A DNA stretch of 64,000 nucleotides from Ancylomarina sp. (GTDB lineage Bacteria; Bacteroidota; Bacteroidia; Bacteroidales; Marinifilaceae): positions 383,502 through 447,501 of the forward strand of contig JBLWWJ010000003.1 of assembly GCA_048268005.1 (NCBI GenBank), in the 5' to 3' direction. The notes under the pieces are model-generated. The model was not told the DNA's origin. It did not search any database and saw only the letters and a list, made by a program, of their open reading frames with translations. Position 1 is the stretch's first letter; every line of letters starts with the position of its first letter. Both the position numbers and the translations under genes were made by a program. Positions 10,586 to 20,108 of the stretch are shown here, piece after piece.

Positions 10586-11848
10586 TTACTTAAACTCAAT
10601 TCTATCGTTGTCGCCGAAGCTATCGTAATTATTTCTTATCACTCTTTCTCCTGCTTCTAAGCCTTCTAGAACTTCAAAATATTGGGTGTTTTGTCTACCA
10701 ATCTTAATGTGGCGTTTGGTGGCATAAGAGCCCGATTCATCCAACACAAAGACCCATTGCCCACCTGTACTTTGAAAAAATCCTCCACGAGGCAGTAGAA
10801 TAGCTTCTACGGGTTGTCCCAACTCTAGTTTTATATGATAGGTTTGCCCCGTTCTGAGGTTTTCGGGAGTCAGGCCATCAAAAACCAGATCCACTTTAAA
10901 CCGACCATCCCGAACTTCAGGGTAGACTTTTTTTGTTAGTTGTCTGTACACTTTTTCATTACGAACAAAGGAACTGGAAAGGTCTCTTCGAACCCTATCA
11001 ATATAATGCTCATCAACTTCAGCCACTATCTTAAAATCATTAAGAATATGGAGCTGACCTATACGCTGGCCACGATTAATCGATTGGCCAATTTCAACTT
11101 CAAGACTTCCCAGCTGACCATCGGCCGGCGCTTTAATATTCAAATTTTCTAAGCGTTGGCGAACCATTTCTAAGTTCTGTTCCATATTCTTCAAACTACT
11201 ATTCATTTGAAGTTTTTGATTTTCTCGAAAAATTGAATCCTGAACCATTCGCTGGTATCTCAAATCTCTATCTTGACGGGAAAAGTCATAATTTTCTTTT
11301 GAAATCAAAAAATCTTCCCTGGAAATAAAACCCTTCTCAAAAAGCATTAAATTCTGCTCATAACGACGCTTTAATCTGATGATATCGGTATCGATACTAA
11401 GCAATTGCTGCAGGTTATTAATCTTTTGTTGCTCCATACTTATTAAGGTATTCCTCAGTTCGTTAGATTGATAAGCCAAGGAAGATTCCGTATTAAGAAT
11501 TTGAAGCTTTAAGTCATTATTTACCAATTTGACGATCACATCACCTTTTTTCACGGTTTCACCTTCATCTATCAGTTTTTCAACCACCTTACCTCCTTCC
11601 TCCAAATCTAAATAGATAGTGGTTTTAGGCTCTACCGTTCCAATTATCGAGATATAATCCTTAAAACTGCCTTGGGTGACCTCTGCAATATCAAGCTTAT
11701 CCTCCTCAGCCCTGAAAGTGGATGATTCCGCTCCAAATATCATTTTAATCGATAAGCCCAGTACAAAAACAACAAGCACGCCAATATAGATGTGCTTTGC
11801 TTTTAAGCCTTTTTTCTTTTCAATTTTTCGATCCATCGACATATTCAA
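10586..11848 (-). CDS. Efflux periplasmic adaptor (membrane-fusion / HlyD-family) protein
   Basis: N-terminal TM anchor, long coiled-coil segment, and barrel-sandwich/beta-barrel C-terminal part. It is the first gene of the ATPase-FtsX operon. Confidence 0.85.
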   Translation of the reverse strand: MNMSMDRKIEKKKGLKAKHIYIGVLVVFVLGLSIKMIFGAESSTFRAEEDKLDIAEVTQGSFKDYISIIGTVEPKTTIYLDLEEGGKVVEKLIDEGETVKKGDVIVKLVNNDLKLQILNTESSLAYQSNELRNTLISMEQQKINNLQQLLSIDTDIIRLKRRYEQNLMLFEKGFISREDFLISKENYDFSRQDRDLRYQRMVQDSIFRENQKLQMNSSLKNMEQNLEMVRQRLENLNIKAPADGQLGSLEVEIGQSINRGQRIGQLHILNDFKIVAEVDEHYIDRVRRDLSSSFVRNEKVYRQLTKKVYPEVRDGRFKVDLVFDGLTPENLRTGQTYHIKLELGQPVEAILLPRGGFFQSTGGQWVFVLDESGSYATKRHIKIGRQNTQYFEVLEGLEAGERVIRNNYDSFGDNDRIEFK

Positions 11849-11908
11849 TTCTTGTTTAATTAATCAACTTAAATTTCTTATTGATTTATAGATTTACATC
11901 GATCCTAA

Positions 11909-11925
11909 TACCAATCTTGTGCCAT
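11909..11925 (-). promoter_or_regulatory. Candidate sigma-54 (-24/-12) promoter for the adaptor-ATPase-FtsX operon
   Basis: Minus strand reads TGGCACaagatTGGTA. The -24 TGGCAC is perfect, but the -12 element is imperfect (TTGG/TGGT versus TTGC). It lies about 60 nt upstream of the start at 11848 and next to a sigma-54-dependent activator gene. Confidence 0.4.
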
Positions 11926-11987
11926 TTTCCATAAATGCATATTATTTAAACACTTAGATAGAACGACATCAATAAATGTGTAAATAA

Positions 11988-12008
11988 ATTAGACAGGCCT
12001 TGTCTAAT
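11988..12008. promoter_or_regulatory. 21-nt near-perfect palindrome ATTAGACAGGCCTTGTCTAAT (possible enhancer-binding-protein site)
   Basis: Ten of ten arm positions pair (one is G-T). It lies about 65-85 bp upstream of the candidate -24 element, in the divergent intergenic region. Confidence 0.3.
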
Positions 12009-12088
12009 TTTTTGAAAAGCTTTCTACTTTAGATAAAAAATAGAACTTGTTGTATAGAAAAAATGAATTTCATAGCACAGTCAAAAAA

Positions 12089-13456
12089 ATGAAAGAAGCC
12101 AAAATTTTAGTTGTCGACGATAATAAAAGTATACTCAGCGCTTTAGAGTTATTGTTGTCAAATTCCTGTAAAAAATTGAAATGTATTTCAAGCCCTAATG
12201 CCTTAATATCAGAACTAAAGCTGGACAGTTACGATGTTGTGCTTTTGGATATGAATTTTAAAGCTGGCATCAATACAGGCAACGAAGGGATTTACTGGTT
12301 GAATCAAATATTAGAGTATAATTCTGGCATGAGTGTGGTGATGATTACTGCCTATGGGGATGTTGAATTAGCTGTAAAAGCCGTTCGATCGGGTGCTGTT
12401 GATTTTGTACTGAAACCATGGGAAAATGAGAAGATGTTAGCAACCATTGATATGGCTTGGAAACTCAGCAGTTCGAGAAAGGAAGTCAAGAAGTTACGCC
12501 TTAAGGAAAATGAACTCATTGCTGAAATTAATCAAGCTAATAATAACCCATTAATCGGTCATTCAAAGAGCTGGAAATCGGTGATGAATTTAGTCAATAA
12601 AGTTGCTTCCACAAATGCTAATGTGTTGATTACTGGTGAAAATGGAACAGGAAAAGAACTGGTTGCAAGAGAACTACATCGATTATCGAAACGTTCTCAA
12701 AAAGTAATGGTAAGTGTCGATATGGGATCCATTGCAGAAAGTCTATTTGAAAGTGAATTATTTGGACATAAGAAAGGTGCCTTTACTGACGCTCATAACG
12801 ATAGAATGGGGAAAATAGAAGCGGCCAATGGAGGGACATTATTTTTAGATGAAATAGGAAACCTCTCCCTTCCCATGCAAGCCAAACTTTTATCGGTATT
12901 GCAAAACAGGTCATTAACAAAACTCGGTGAAAATAAGGCTGTAGATGTTGATTTAAGACTCATATGTGCAACAAATTGTAAGCTTAATGAAATGGTAATC
13001 GAGAGTAAATTCCGTCAGGATTTACTTTATAGAATCAATACCATACAAATTGAACTGCCTCCCCTCCGCGATAGAAAGACCGATATCCTCGAATTGGCTA
13101 AACATTTCCTCAACCTATATGCAAATAAATACAATAAGAAAGTAGTCAGTATCTCTTCATCAGCCATTAACAAATTACAAGAATATACCTGGCCAGGTAA
13201 TGTCCGAGAATTACAACATGCCGTTGAGAAAGCAATTATACTTAGCGATAAACACCAACTTTCTGCAAAGGATTTTATGTTTAAAATAGATGAATTTTCA
13301 AAAGTAGAAGCCTATGGAGGGACACTGGAGGATATGGAAAAACAACTCATTACAGCTGCCGTTGAGAAACAAATGGGCAATTTAAGTGCGGTATCCTCAC
13401 AATTGGGTATCACTCGCCAAACGTTGTATAATAAAATCAAGAAATATGGCCTATAA
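12089..13456 (+). CDS. Sigma-54-dependent response regulator (NtrC family: receiver + AAA+ + Fis-type HTH)
   Basis: Receiver ILVVDDNKS...DVVLLDMNF, AAA+ Walker A GENGTGKE, GAFTDA loop, and C-terminal HTH. ORF track start 12047 is TTG; I prefer the ATG at 12089 (MKEAKILVVDD). Confidence 0.9.
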   Translation: MKEAKILVVDDNKSILSALELLLSNSCKKLKCISSPNALISELKLDSYDVVLLDMNFKAGINTGNEGIYWLNQILEYNSGMSVVMITAYGDVELAVKAVRSGAVDFVLKPWENEKMLATIDMAWKLSSSRKEVKKLRLKENELIAEINQANNNPLIGHSKSWKSVMNLVNKVASTNANVLITGENGTGKELVARELHRLSKRSQKVMVSVDMGSIAESLFESELFGHKKGAFTDAHNDRMGKIEAANGGTLFLDEIGNLSLPMQAKLLSVLQNRSLTKLGENKAVDVDLRLICATNCKLNEMVIESKFRQDLLYRINTIQIELPPLRDRKTDILELAKHFLNLYANKYNKKVVSISSSAINKLQEYTWPGNVRELQHAVEKAIILSDKHQLSAKDFMFKIDEFSKVEAYGGTLEDMEKQLITAAVEKQMGNLSAVSSQLGITRQTLYNKIKKYGL

Positions 13457-14801
13457 ATACTACAACAGCATGCTTTTTCTTTACTTGATAACTCTTATGG
13501 CTTTAGCTATAGGGCTAGGATTTAGCATAGCTAACCAGAAATATTACGCCTCAGTTTTCTTACTATTAAGTGAGCTATTTCTAGTCTGGAATTTTATTCG
13601 ATTTCTGAATAGAACACATAAACTTATGAACTATTTTGTTCAGGCAATAAAGAATAAAGATACCACCCTACACTTTCCAAAAAAATCAGGCAATAAAATA
13701 ATCAATGAATTACATCAAAGTCTCAATGAGTTAAATGGCATACTCCACGAGGTGCAAATAAAAAGCAAAATTAAAGAAACCTATTTCAGTGAAATACTGC
13801 AAAATATTGCCACTGGAGTTGTTGTTTTAACACCAAAGGGTTACGTAACAGATGTAAACGCTACGGCTCTTGAATTAACAGGCCTAAAAACCCTGACTCA
13901 CATCAAGCAACTAAAACGCTTAGATCCTAAGTTCACTGATGCTTTGTCAAAATTAAAAAATAGACAAAGAAAAGTTTTGGATCTCCTCTCAAATAAGGAG
14001 CGTATACAAGTGATTGCAAGATGTTCTATCATCCGAATTGAAAAAGAGGATGTGAAGCTCATCACAATGCAAGATATACGAGGTGAATTGGAACGTAAAG
14101 AAATAGATTCATGGGTGAAACTTATACGAGTATTGAGTCATGAAATAATGAACTCACTGGCTCCAGTCACCTCAATCTCACAATCATTAAAGCGGATTTG
14201 GGAGCAAAAGTACCATCCTGCTCATAATGAAACAAGCAATATTGACGTTAAAAAAACCATCGATGGCTTAGGTGTGATTTGTCAAACCAACGAAGATCTT
14301 GTTCATTTTGTACAATCCTATCGTATGCTTTCAAAAGCACCCGAACCACAATTTAATGGTGTGGATTTATATGCCTTTTATGACAGACTCAGCATTCTCC
14401 TTTCACCCATAAAAGAGAGTTTTGAAGGAGAGATCAAACTGATTAAGCCTAAGACTAATTTTAAGTTTATAGCCGACGAGCAAATGATGGTTCAGGTCAT
14501 TATCAATTTAGTTAAAAATGCCGCAGAAGCATTTAATGATCAGGAGCAACCAACCAGTACAACAGCAAGAATAGCCGTAAATTCAATTAAAAAAGGTGAA
14601 ATTACGGAGATCAGAATTACGGATAATGGGAATGGTATTCCGGAAGAAATTATTGAAGAAATATTTATCCCCTTTTTCACAACCAAGGAAAATGGATCAG
14701 GTATTGGCCTAAGTTATTCCCGTCAGATTTTACGCGCACATGGTGGTAGTCTCCTTTGCAGATCAAAAATAGGAGAAACCATATTTACAATTAGATTGTA
14801 G
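13446..14801 (+). CDS. Sensor histidine kinase (2 TM, PAS-like, H-box SHEIMNSL, HATPase)
   Basis: MAYKYYNSMLFLYLITLMALAIG... with TM helices, H-box RVLSHEIMNSLAPV, N-box NLVKNAAEA and G-box GSGIGLS. It overlaps the regulator stop by 11 nt. Confidence 0.9.
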   Translation: MAYKYYNSMLFLYLITLMALAIGLGFSIANQKYYASVFLLLSELFLVWNFIRFLNRTHKLMNYFVQAIKNKDTTLHFPKKSGNKIINELHQSLNELNGILHEVQIKSKIKETYFSEILQNIATGVVVLTPKGYVTDVNATALELTGLKTLTHIKQLKRLDPKFTDALSKLKNRQRKVLDLLSNKERIQVIARCSIIRIEKEDVKLITMQDIRGELERKEIDSWVKLIRVLSHEIMNSLAPVTSISQSLKRIWEQKYHPAHNETSNIDVKKTIDGLGVICQTNEDLVHFVQSYRMLSKAPEPQFNGVDLYAFYDRLSILLSPIKESFEGEIKLIKPKTNFKFIADEQMMVQVIINLVKNAAEAFNDQEQPTSTTARIAVNSIKKGEITEIRITDNGNGIPEEIIEEIFIPFFTTKENGSGIGLSYSRQILRAHGGSLLCRSKIGETIFTIRL

Positions 14802-14880
14802 CAAATTAAATAAATCACGGGTGCTGATTATCAATTAGCGATAAACATAATCACCACTAATTGATAATACCAAGTAGATT

Positions 14881-15249
14881 CTATCTCAGCGATTTACCAA
14901 AAGGAGTTAAAGCAAAACCTGCTAACTTAATATGCTGAGCCGCAAATGGGATTCCTATAATGGTAATGGCAAACAAAATGGCAAAAAGCAAGTGAGTTAA
15001 AGCAATCCAAAAGCCTCCAAAAATTAACCAAAAGATGTTTAAAAAGATACTCAAACACCCACCGGAACTTTCGTTAGGTACCACCTTTTGACCAAATGGA
15101 GCTAAACCAAGTACAGATAACTGAATAGCCTTTAGACCAAAAGGAATTCCAACGATAGTACAGCACATTAATATGCCGGCAATAATATATTCTAAGAAGA
15201 TAAAAATACCTCCGAAAATAATCCAAATAATATTTCCTATAATACTCAT
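14881..15249 (-). CDS. yccF: YccF-family inner membrane protein
   Basis: Internal duplication with NIIWIIFGG...VGIPFG and NIFWLIFGGFW...IGIPFA motifs, as in E. coli YccF. Confidence 0.8.
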   Translation of the reverse strand: MSIIGNIIWIIFGGIFIFLEYIIAGILMCCTIVGIPFGLKAIQLSVLGLAPFGQKVVPNESSGGCLSIFLNIFWLIFGGFWIALTHLLFAILFAITIIGIPFAAQHIKLAGFALTPFGKSLR

Positions 15250-15373
15250 TTCTTTTCAATTTATGATTAATATCCGCAATGTACAATTATCAAATGAAAT
15301 TTAGAATTCTCGAATCAAAATTCTATTCACAGTCAACCATTTTATCTCGATATTGACAAATTACACATAAACA

Positions 15374-16357
15374 TTAAAATGTGTAGTTCAATCCCATATG
15401 AAGAACAAAATCAGGAGACGTGTTGATTTTAATATCCTCAGCAAATCCAGCAGTCAGAACCATCCGTTTATTCAGAACAAAATCGGCACCTAAAAGAAGT
15501 TGCATCCCATAATCTCCTAACTCCTGTGTCAATGAATTCTTGTAGAATTTAGAGTGATAATCGACTTGCATTTTGGGTACCAGCCATTTATTCACAGATA
15601 CGGCCAAACCTATTGAAGCAAAGGCGACATCATTCATTTGCATACTTTCAAGTAAAGATCCATCCCCAATTCGTAAATATCCCAATGAATAAAAGAAATA
15701 GGCAGGTCTCGGGCCCACACCTTTGGTTTGACCTGAAAACTGGACAGAAAGATCAAGAGTTCCACTTCCCAGTAATTTTAATTTATCGGCATTGTTCATC
15801 TTTAGATAAGCACGCAAAGCCATTGCATGTGTCTTACTATCTACAATCTTATAGCCCAATTCAAAACTAATATCTCCTACTCCAAAGGCACTTGCGTCGA
15901 TATTAAATAATGATTCACCATTCTGCTCATAAGCATAAAGAATCTCGCCAATAGGAGTACTGGCACGCGCGCCTCCAGACATCCCCATAAAATCATGAAA
16001 GCCATTAATGCTGGAATCCATAAACCCCTTAGAATGATTTATAATAGGGATATTTAAACCCATTTCAAAACGAGAGCCAATACCATATCGAGCTTGAAAA
16101 TCAATACGAGCCATTTCCCCATCAAAATAGACTATCTCATTTGAACTGAAGGCATTTGTACTATTGCTCGACAAATTAAATACAGAGGAAATAGAGAGCT
16201 TATTTTTAGGCATTATATTACCACCTTCAACATTGGGTAAGCCAAAGGAATGAATCAAAGGACTCTGATTATGGGAAGCAAAAGGCCTTACATCTGTCTG
16301 AGAAAAGCCATATAAAGAGCAAAAACTTAATATTAAAAGGTATAGAATACGGTTCAT
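15374..16357 (-). CDS. Outer-membrane beta-barrel protein (DUF3187-like)
   Basis: Signal peptide, alternating-hydrophobicity beta strands, and a C-terminal aromatic residue (...GLNYTF). Confidence 0.6.
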   Translation of the reverse strand: MNRILYLLILSFCSLYGFSQTDVRPFASHNQSPLIHSFGLPNVEGGNIMPKNKLSISSVFNLSSNSTNAFSSNEIVYFDGEMARIDFQARYGIGSRFEMGLNIPIINHSKGFMDSSINGFHDFMGMSGGARASTPIGEILYAYEQNGESLFNIDASAFGVGDISFELGYKIVDSKTHAMALRAYLKMNNADKLKLLGSGTLDLSVQFSGQTKGVGPRPAYFFYSLGYLRIGDGSLLESMQMNDVAFASIGLAVSVNKWLVPKMQVDYHSKFYKNSLTQELGDYGMQLLLGADFVLNKRMVLTAGFAEDIKINTSPDFVLHMGLNYTF

Positions 16358-16765
16358 GATTCAACGGGTCATCTTTAATGAAACGATAACAAGATAAAAT
16401 AATATACTGAATCACATTAGTTTCAGAACAAAAAAAGTATGAAAGAATAAAAACAAAACCTTAGAAAACAACTAAACAATATATATAATACTTTTTTTTA
16501 AATCTGTAGAGATGCATTCGAAAATAAGGATTGTAAAAAATTATTATCTCATAAATTATCAAATGTTTAAGCCAAGTTTCAAATTTATAAACTCTGATCG
16601 TAATGAAACATAAAACCCTCGAATACTAAGTTTAAACAGAACTCTGATTTTAATGATGGATGCTAATTAATCGTAGATTAATAAATGATTTTTGTTGATA
16701 AAATTAATAGTGACGGAATATTTTTTTATATTTAGGTGCCTAAATTCAAAGTATAATCCTCTAAT

Positions 16766-17077
16766 ATGAATAAAATAACCCTACTCAACATTGAGTATTT
16801 ACGTCCCCAAAGGAGAATCGAAACCTACGAATTGTTGTTGAAAGACGAGAAAGAAATCTGTTACATCTACAATTTTGAGGACAAATATTATCGCTATTTT
16901 AGAACAATACGTTCACTAACAAATTACCTAAAGGATAGAATTGAACCAAAAATCAATTTTAAAAGTAAGACTGAACTAAACGATTACTTACTTTATAAAA
17001 ATATTAAACCAATTGAAGAGATTAATAAGGAGCTGTATACAACTGAGGAGCTCTTAATGCCCGTTTGCAAAAACTAA
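16766..17077 (+). CDS. Hypothetical protein (103 aa)
   Basis: ORF only. It overlaps the convergent ROK gene end by 24 nt and has no recognisable motifs. Confidence 0.35.
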   Translation: MNKITLLNIEYLRPQRRIETYELLLKDEKEICYIYNFEDKYYRYFRTIRSLTNYLKDRIEPKINFKSKTELNDYLLYKNIKPIEEINKELYTTEELLMPVCKN

Positions 17078-18028
17078 AGCTGCTGATCCCATAACACCCG
17101 CGTTGGTTTCAATTGAAGATAGTCCTAGTTTCACTTTACCTTTCAAAACAGATAAAAGATTTTCCTCCATATGATAAAGGGTGGGTTTAAGTATTAAATC
17201 ACCAGCTCTTGCCAAACCTCCGGAAAGAAATATCGCTTCAGGATTATTCATTGCCACGATATTGGCTAGTGCTCTTCCAAGTAGGCGACCGGTATATTCG
17301 AATGATTCAATTGCAACCTTATCGCCGCCATAAGCAGCCGTTGCCAACTTCTTTGCCGAAATTTTATTAAATGGGATATCACGAAGTACTGATTTTTCAT
17401 CATACTTAGCCAGGAACTTACTCACCGTCCTTTTAATCCCTGTAGCCGACACATAAGTCTCAAGACATCCTTTGCGTCCACAGGAACAGGAACGGCCCTG
17501 ATCACGGATAATAATATGCCCCATTTCACCGGCGTACCCCTCATTCCCATTATAAATTTTACCATCCAGCACGATACCACAACCCAATCCGGTTCCAAGG
17601 GTAACTAACATGAAATTAGTCATACCTTTTGCTCCACCATAGTACATCTCGCCTAAGGCAGCTGCATTAGCATCATTGGTTAAAACAACTGGCAATTTAA
17701 AGTGTTCACCCAAAAGTTTAGCCAAAGGCAGATGCTTATCCCAGGATAGGTTTACGGCATGCTCAATGCAGCCAGTAAAATAATTGGCATTCGGAGCTCC
17801 AACACCCACGCCAACCAATTCATATTGATCAGAAAAAGAATCAAAACTGGTTTGTATTTGCAAAGAAAGCTCTCGAACGAAATTCTCGAAAATAGGATAA
17901 TTAGGGGTGTAAATAGACGAATGAGAAAGACAAAGACCAGCCTCTGTTACGAAACCGTAAACGGTATTCGTACCACCAATATCGATCCCAACTGCTAGTT
18001 TTTGCATGAGCCTAATCTTCTGTTCCAT
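17054..18028 (-). CDS. ROK-family sugar kinase (glucokinase-like)
   Basis: GIDIGGTN ATP-binding motif, ROK zinc motif CSCGRKGCLE, GLGCGIVLDG. An alternative start MQKLAVGIDIGG lies at 18007. Confidence 0.9.
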   Translation of the reverse strand: MEQKIRLMQKLAVGIDIGGTNTVYGFVTEAGLCLSHSSIYTPNYPIFENFVRELSLQIQTSFDSFSDQYELVGVGVGAPNANYFTGCIEHAVNLSWDKHLPLAKLLGEHFKLPVVLTNDANAAALGEMYYGGAKGMTNFMLVTLGTGLGCGIVLDGKIYNGNEGYAGEMGHIIIRDQGRSCSCGRKGCLETYVSATGIKRTVSKFLAKYDEKSVLRDIPFNKISAKKLATAAYGGDKVAIESFEYTGRLLGRALANIVAMNNPEAIFLSGGLARAGDLILKPTLYHMEENLLSVLKGKVKLGLSSIETNAGVMGSAALVFANGH

Positions 18029-18258
18029 CCTAATTTAGAATAAAAGCATGAGATGAGCAAAGTTTAGAAAGAATAAAGGGGAAGAAAGTATAAAGCTTAA
18101 AGTCGAAAGATCAAAGAAAAAAAAAGTTTAAAAGACTGTATTCCACAAACTGAGAATTCACAACAATTCTGCAATCAAACAATTCAGCATTGCAGTAATG
18201 CTAACAGTTCAACCATCAATTACGCATCATATAATCGGTGATTATTAATTGCCAATTG

Positions 18259-19566
18259 TTAATCATGATTCGTTACAACATGCTCCTTAAGTAGGGCCTT
18301 AAGTGGATTAAATATGCGCTGAAGCAAGCGTTGATCTTCCGTAATAATCTCAGCAACGCCTTCTATCTTTTGAGCAAACTTCAATTTAATTCCATAATTA
18401 GTTACAAGCCCATTGGCAAGCTCTACATCCAAACTATAGTTATCACCTTCAGGCACCTCCGAAATGGAGCGAATACGTCCCTCAAGCATACCATACTCCA
18501 TATAGGGGTAGTTATTAAGCTTGATATTTACCCTTTGTCCCAGTTTTACTTTACCTGAACGAGTCATGCCTAACTCCACACGTGCAATAATCTGAGTTGA
18601 ATCGAATGGAAGTACCGTAAACACCTTATCTCCTAGTTTTACATTTTGGTTCGCAGACCAAAAACTATTAAAACTTACTGATCCATCAATGGGTGATTTA
18701 AGCAGGTAATTCTGTTCCCACATATCAATCTGAGCCACTAAATTATCATTGGCATGTAGAATAATATCTTGTAATTCTTTTCTCTGTTTTTCCTTATCAA
18801 GATCTAAATCTATGATTTCCTGGTCAACCTGATTAATCTGAATCTGTGTTGACGACAAAGTAGAACGTGAACCATGAAAGGCATAGCTTTGTTGTAAATA
18901 GATTTTCTCAGATTTCTGATATTCTGCCTTAGAAATAACACCTCGTGTATACAGTAAAGAATCTCTATGGAACTCCCTTGAAACAATAGTTAGTTCCTTC
19001 TCCAGAATAGTACGCTGCTTGTATTGACGATTATAATACATCCGGTAATTACTCCTTTTCTGGATCAAAGACGCTTTTTTCTTTTTGTGATATTGCAAAT
19101 CAACAAAACGGTTATAGTCCGCACAAGCCTTTAAATAATTATTAAACACGACCTGCACCTCTCCTAGTCTGTAATCCTTATCTTCATAAACAGTACCTAT
19201 TGGTTTTGTTCCATCAAGTATCGGACTATTCTTTTTCAACTCCTCACTTAAGCTGAAAATATCTTCAAAATTCGCTGGATTCTCAATAACAGCTAACAGT
19301 TCTCCACTAACAACCTTCTGTTTATCTTCCACCTTTAATTCAACAATCTTACCATTTGCTCGAGCAATCAACTCAGCGGGTGGATTCTCGGTAGTCAAAA
19401 CTAACTTTGATTCGATAATCTCAGGGTAAGAGAAAAACCAGGAGCCAATAACCAATATCAGCACCACAAGAAATACTAAGCCCGAACCAACTCGAATGAT
19501 CCATGATGGCATTTTCCCAAGAATTTCCTGAACCGACTCTGATCTTAATTCTATATTATCACTCAT
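18259..19566 (-). CDS. HlyD-family secretion (membrane-fusion) protein, partner of the C39 ABC exporter
   Basis: N-terminal TM (WIIRVGSGLVFLVVLILVIGSWFF), lipoyl-like hairpin, and coiled coil. It lies in the same strand and operon context as 20109..22316. Confidence 0.85.
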   Translation of the reverse strand: MSDNIELRSESVQEILGKMPSWIIRVGSGLVFLVVLILVIGSWFFSYPEIIESKLVLTTENPPAELIARANGKIVELKVEDKQKVVSGELLAVIENPANFEDIFSLSEELKKNSPILDGTKPIGTVYEDKDYRLGEVQVVFNNYLKACADYNRFVDLQYHKKKKASLIQKRSNYRMYYNRQYKQRTILEKELTIVSREFHRDSLLYTRGVISKAEYQKSEKIYLQQSYAFHGSRSTLSSTQIQINQVDQEIIDLDLDKEKQRKELQDIILHANDNLVAQIDMWEQNYLLKSPIDGSVSFNSFWSANQNVKLGDKVFTVLPFDSTQIIARVELGMTRSGKVKLGQRVNIKLNNYPYMEYGMLEGRIRSISEVPEGDNYSLDVELANGLVTNYGIKLKFAQKIEGVAEIITEDQRLLQRIFNPLKALLKEHVVTNHD

Positions 19567-19584
19567 ATCCTAATATATGGTTTA

Positions 19585-19632
19585 ATTGATGAATTGTTAT
19601 ATTGCTGTATGGTATGATTACGAGATTGTTGA
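19585..19632. repeat. Six tandem 8-nt units ATTGNTNN (left flank of the four-helix-bundle gene)
   Basis: attgatga attgttat attgctgt atggtatg attacgag attgttga. This is the inverted complement of the array at 20069-20108. Confidence 0.7.
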
Positions 19633-19639
19633 AAGGGGC

Positions 19640-20023
19640 TTAAACCTTTAATTTCTCATTGGTAAATTTAACCAGATAATTAATCTCCTTGGGGAGCTCA
19701 CAAAATTCTTTATGAATAAATTGATACTGTTCCTTTGATATTAATCCTCTAATTAAAGATTTCTCGTTCCAGTCGATAGACTCTTTTAAAGATCCCATCG
19801 CATAACGATAGAATTTAATTTTATCCTTTTTATGATAGCGTCCATAACCTTCGGCTATATTTGCTGAAATAGAATCTATTGATCTGGCAAATTGCTTCCC
19901 AACCGTATCTTTTGCAAAATAATCCCATGAAAGAATAATATTCCAAATATAATTTGATAAAACAAAAGCACGCTTATAAGCATAAATCTTATCCAATTCT
20001 AGAAATTTATTTTCCATCATCAA
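19640..20023 (-). CDS. Four-helix-bundle protein (23S rRNA intervening-sequence protein family)
   Basis: 127 aa, all-helical, with motifs FARSIDSISANIAEGYGR and YRYAMGSLKE typical of this family. Confidence 0.8.
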   Translation of the reverse strand: MMMENKFLELDKIYAYKRAFVLSNYIWNIILSWDYFAKDTVGKQFARSIDSISANIAEGYGRYHKKDKIKFYRYAMGSLKESIDWNEKSLIRGLISKEQYQFIHKEFCELPKEINYLVKFTNEKLKV

Positions 20024-20068
20024 TTGTTTTAATAATTAAACCATTAATAATTACAACCGTCTAAAAAT

Positions 20069-20108
20069 CTAACAGTTTAACAATGTAACAGTATAACAAT
20101 TTAGCAAT
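20069..20108. repeat. Five tandem 8-nt units NTAACANT (right flank of the four-helix-bundle gene)
   Basis: ctaacagt ttaacaat gtaacagt ataacaat ttagcaat. It abuts the stop codon of the ABC exporter gene. Confidence 0.7.

Noticed and set aside
12047-13445. Longer N-terminal extensions offered by the ORF track: TTG start at 12047 for the response regulator, and start at 13386 for the kinase.
   Set aside because: The extensions add non-conserved residues ahead of canonical domain starts (MKEAKILVVDD for the receiver; MAYKYY... followed by TM1 for the kinase). The kinase extension would overlap 70 nt of the regulator gene.
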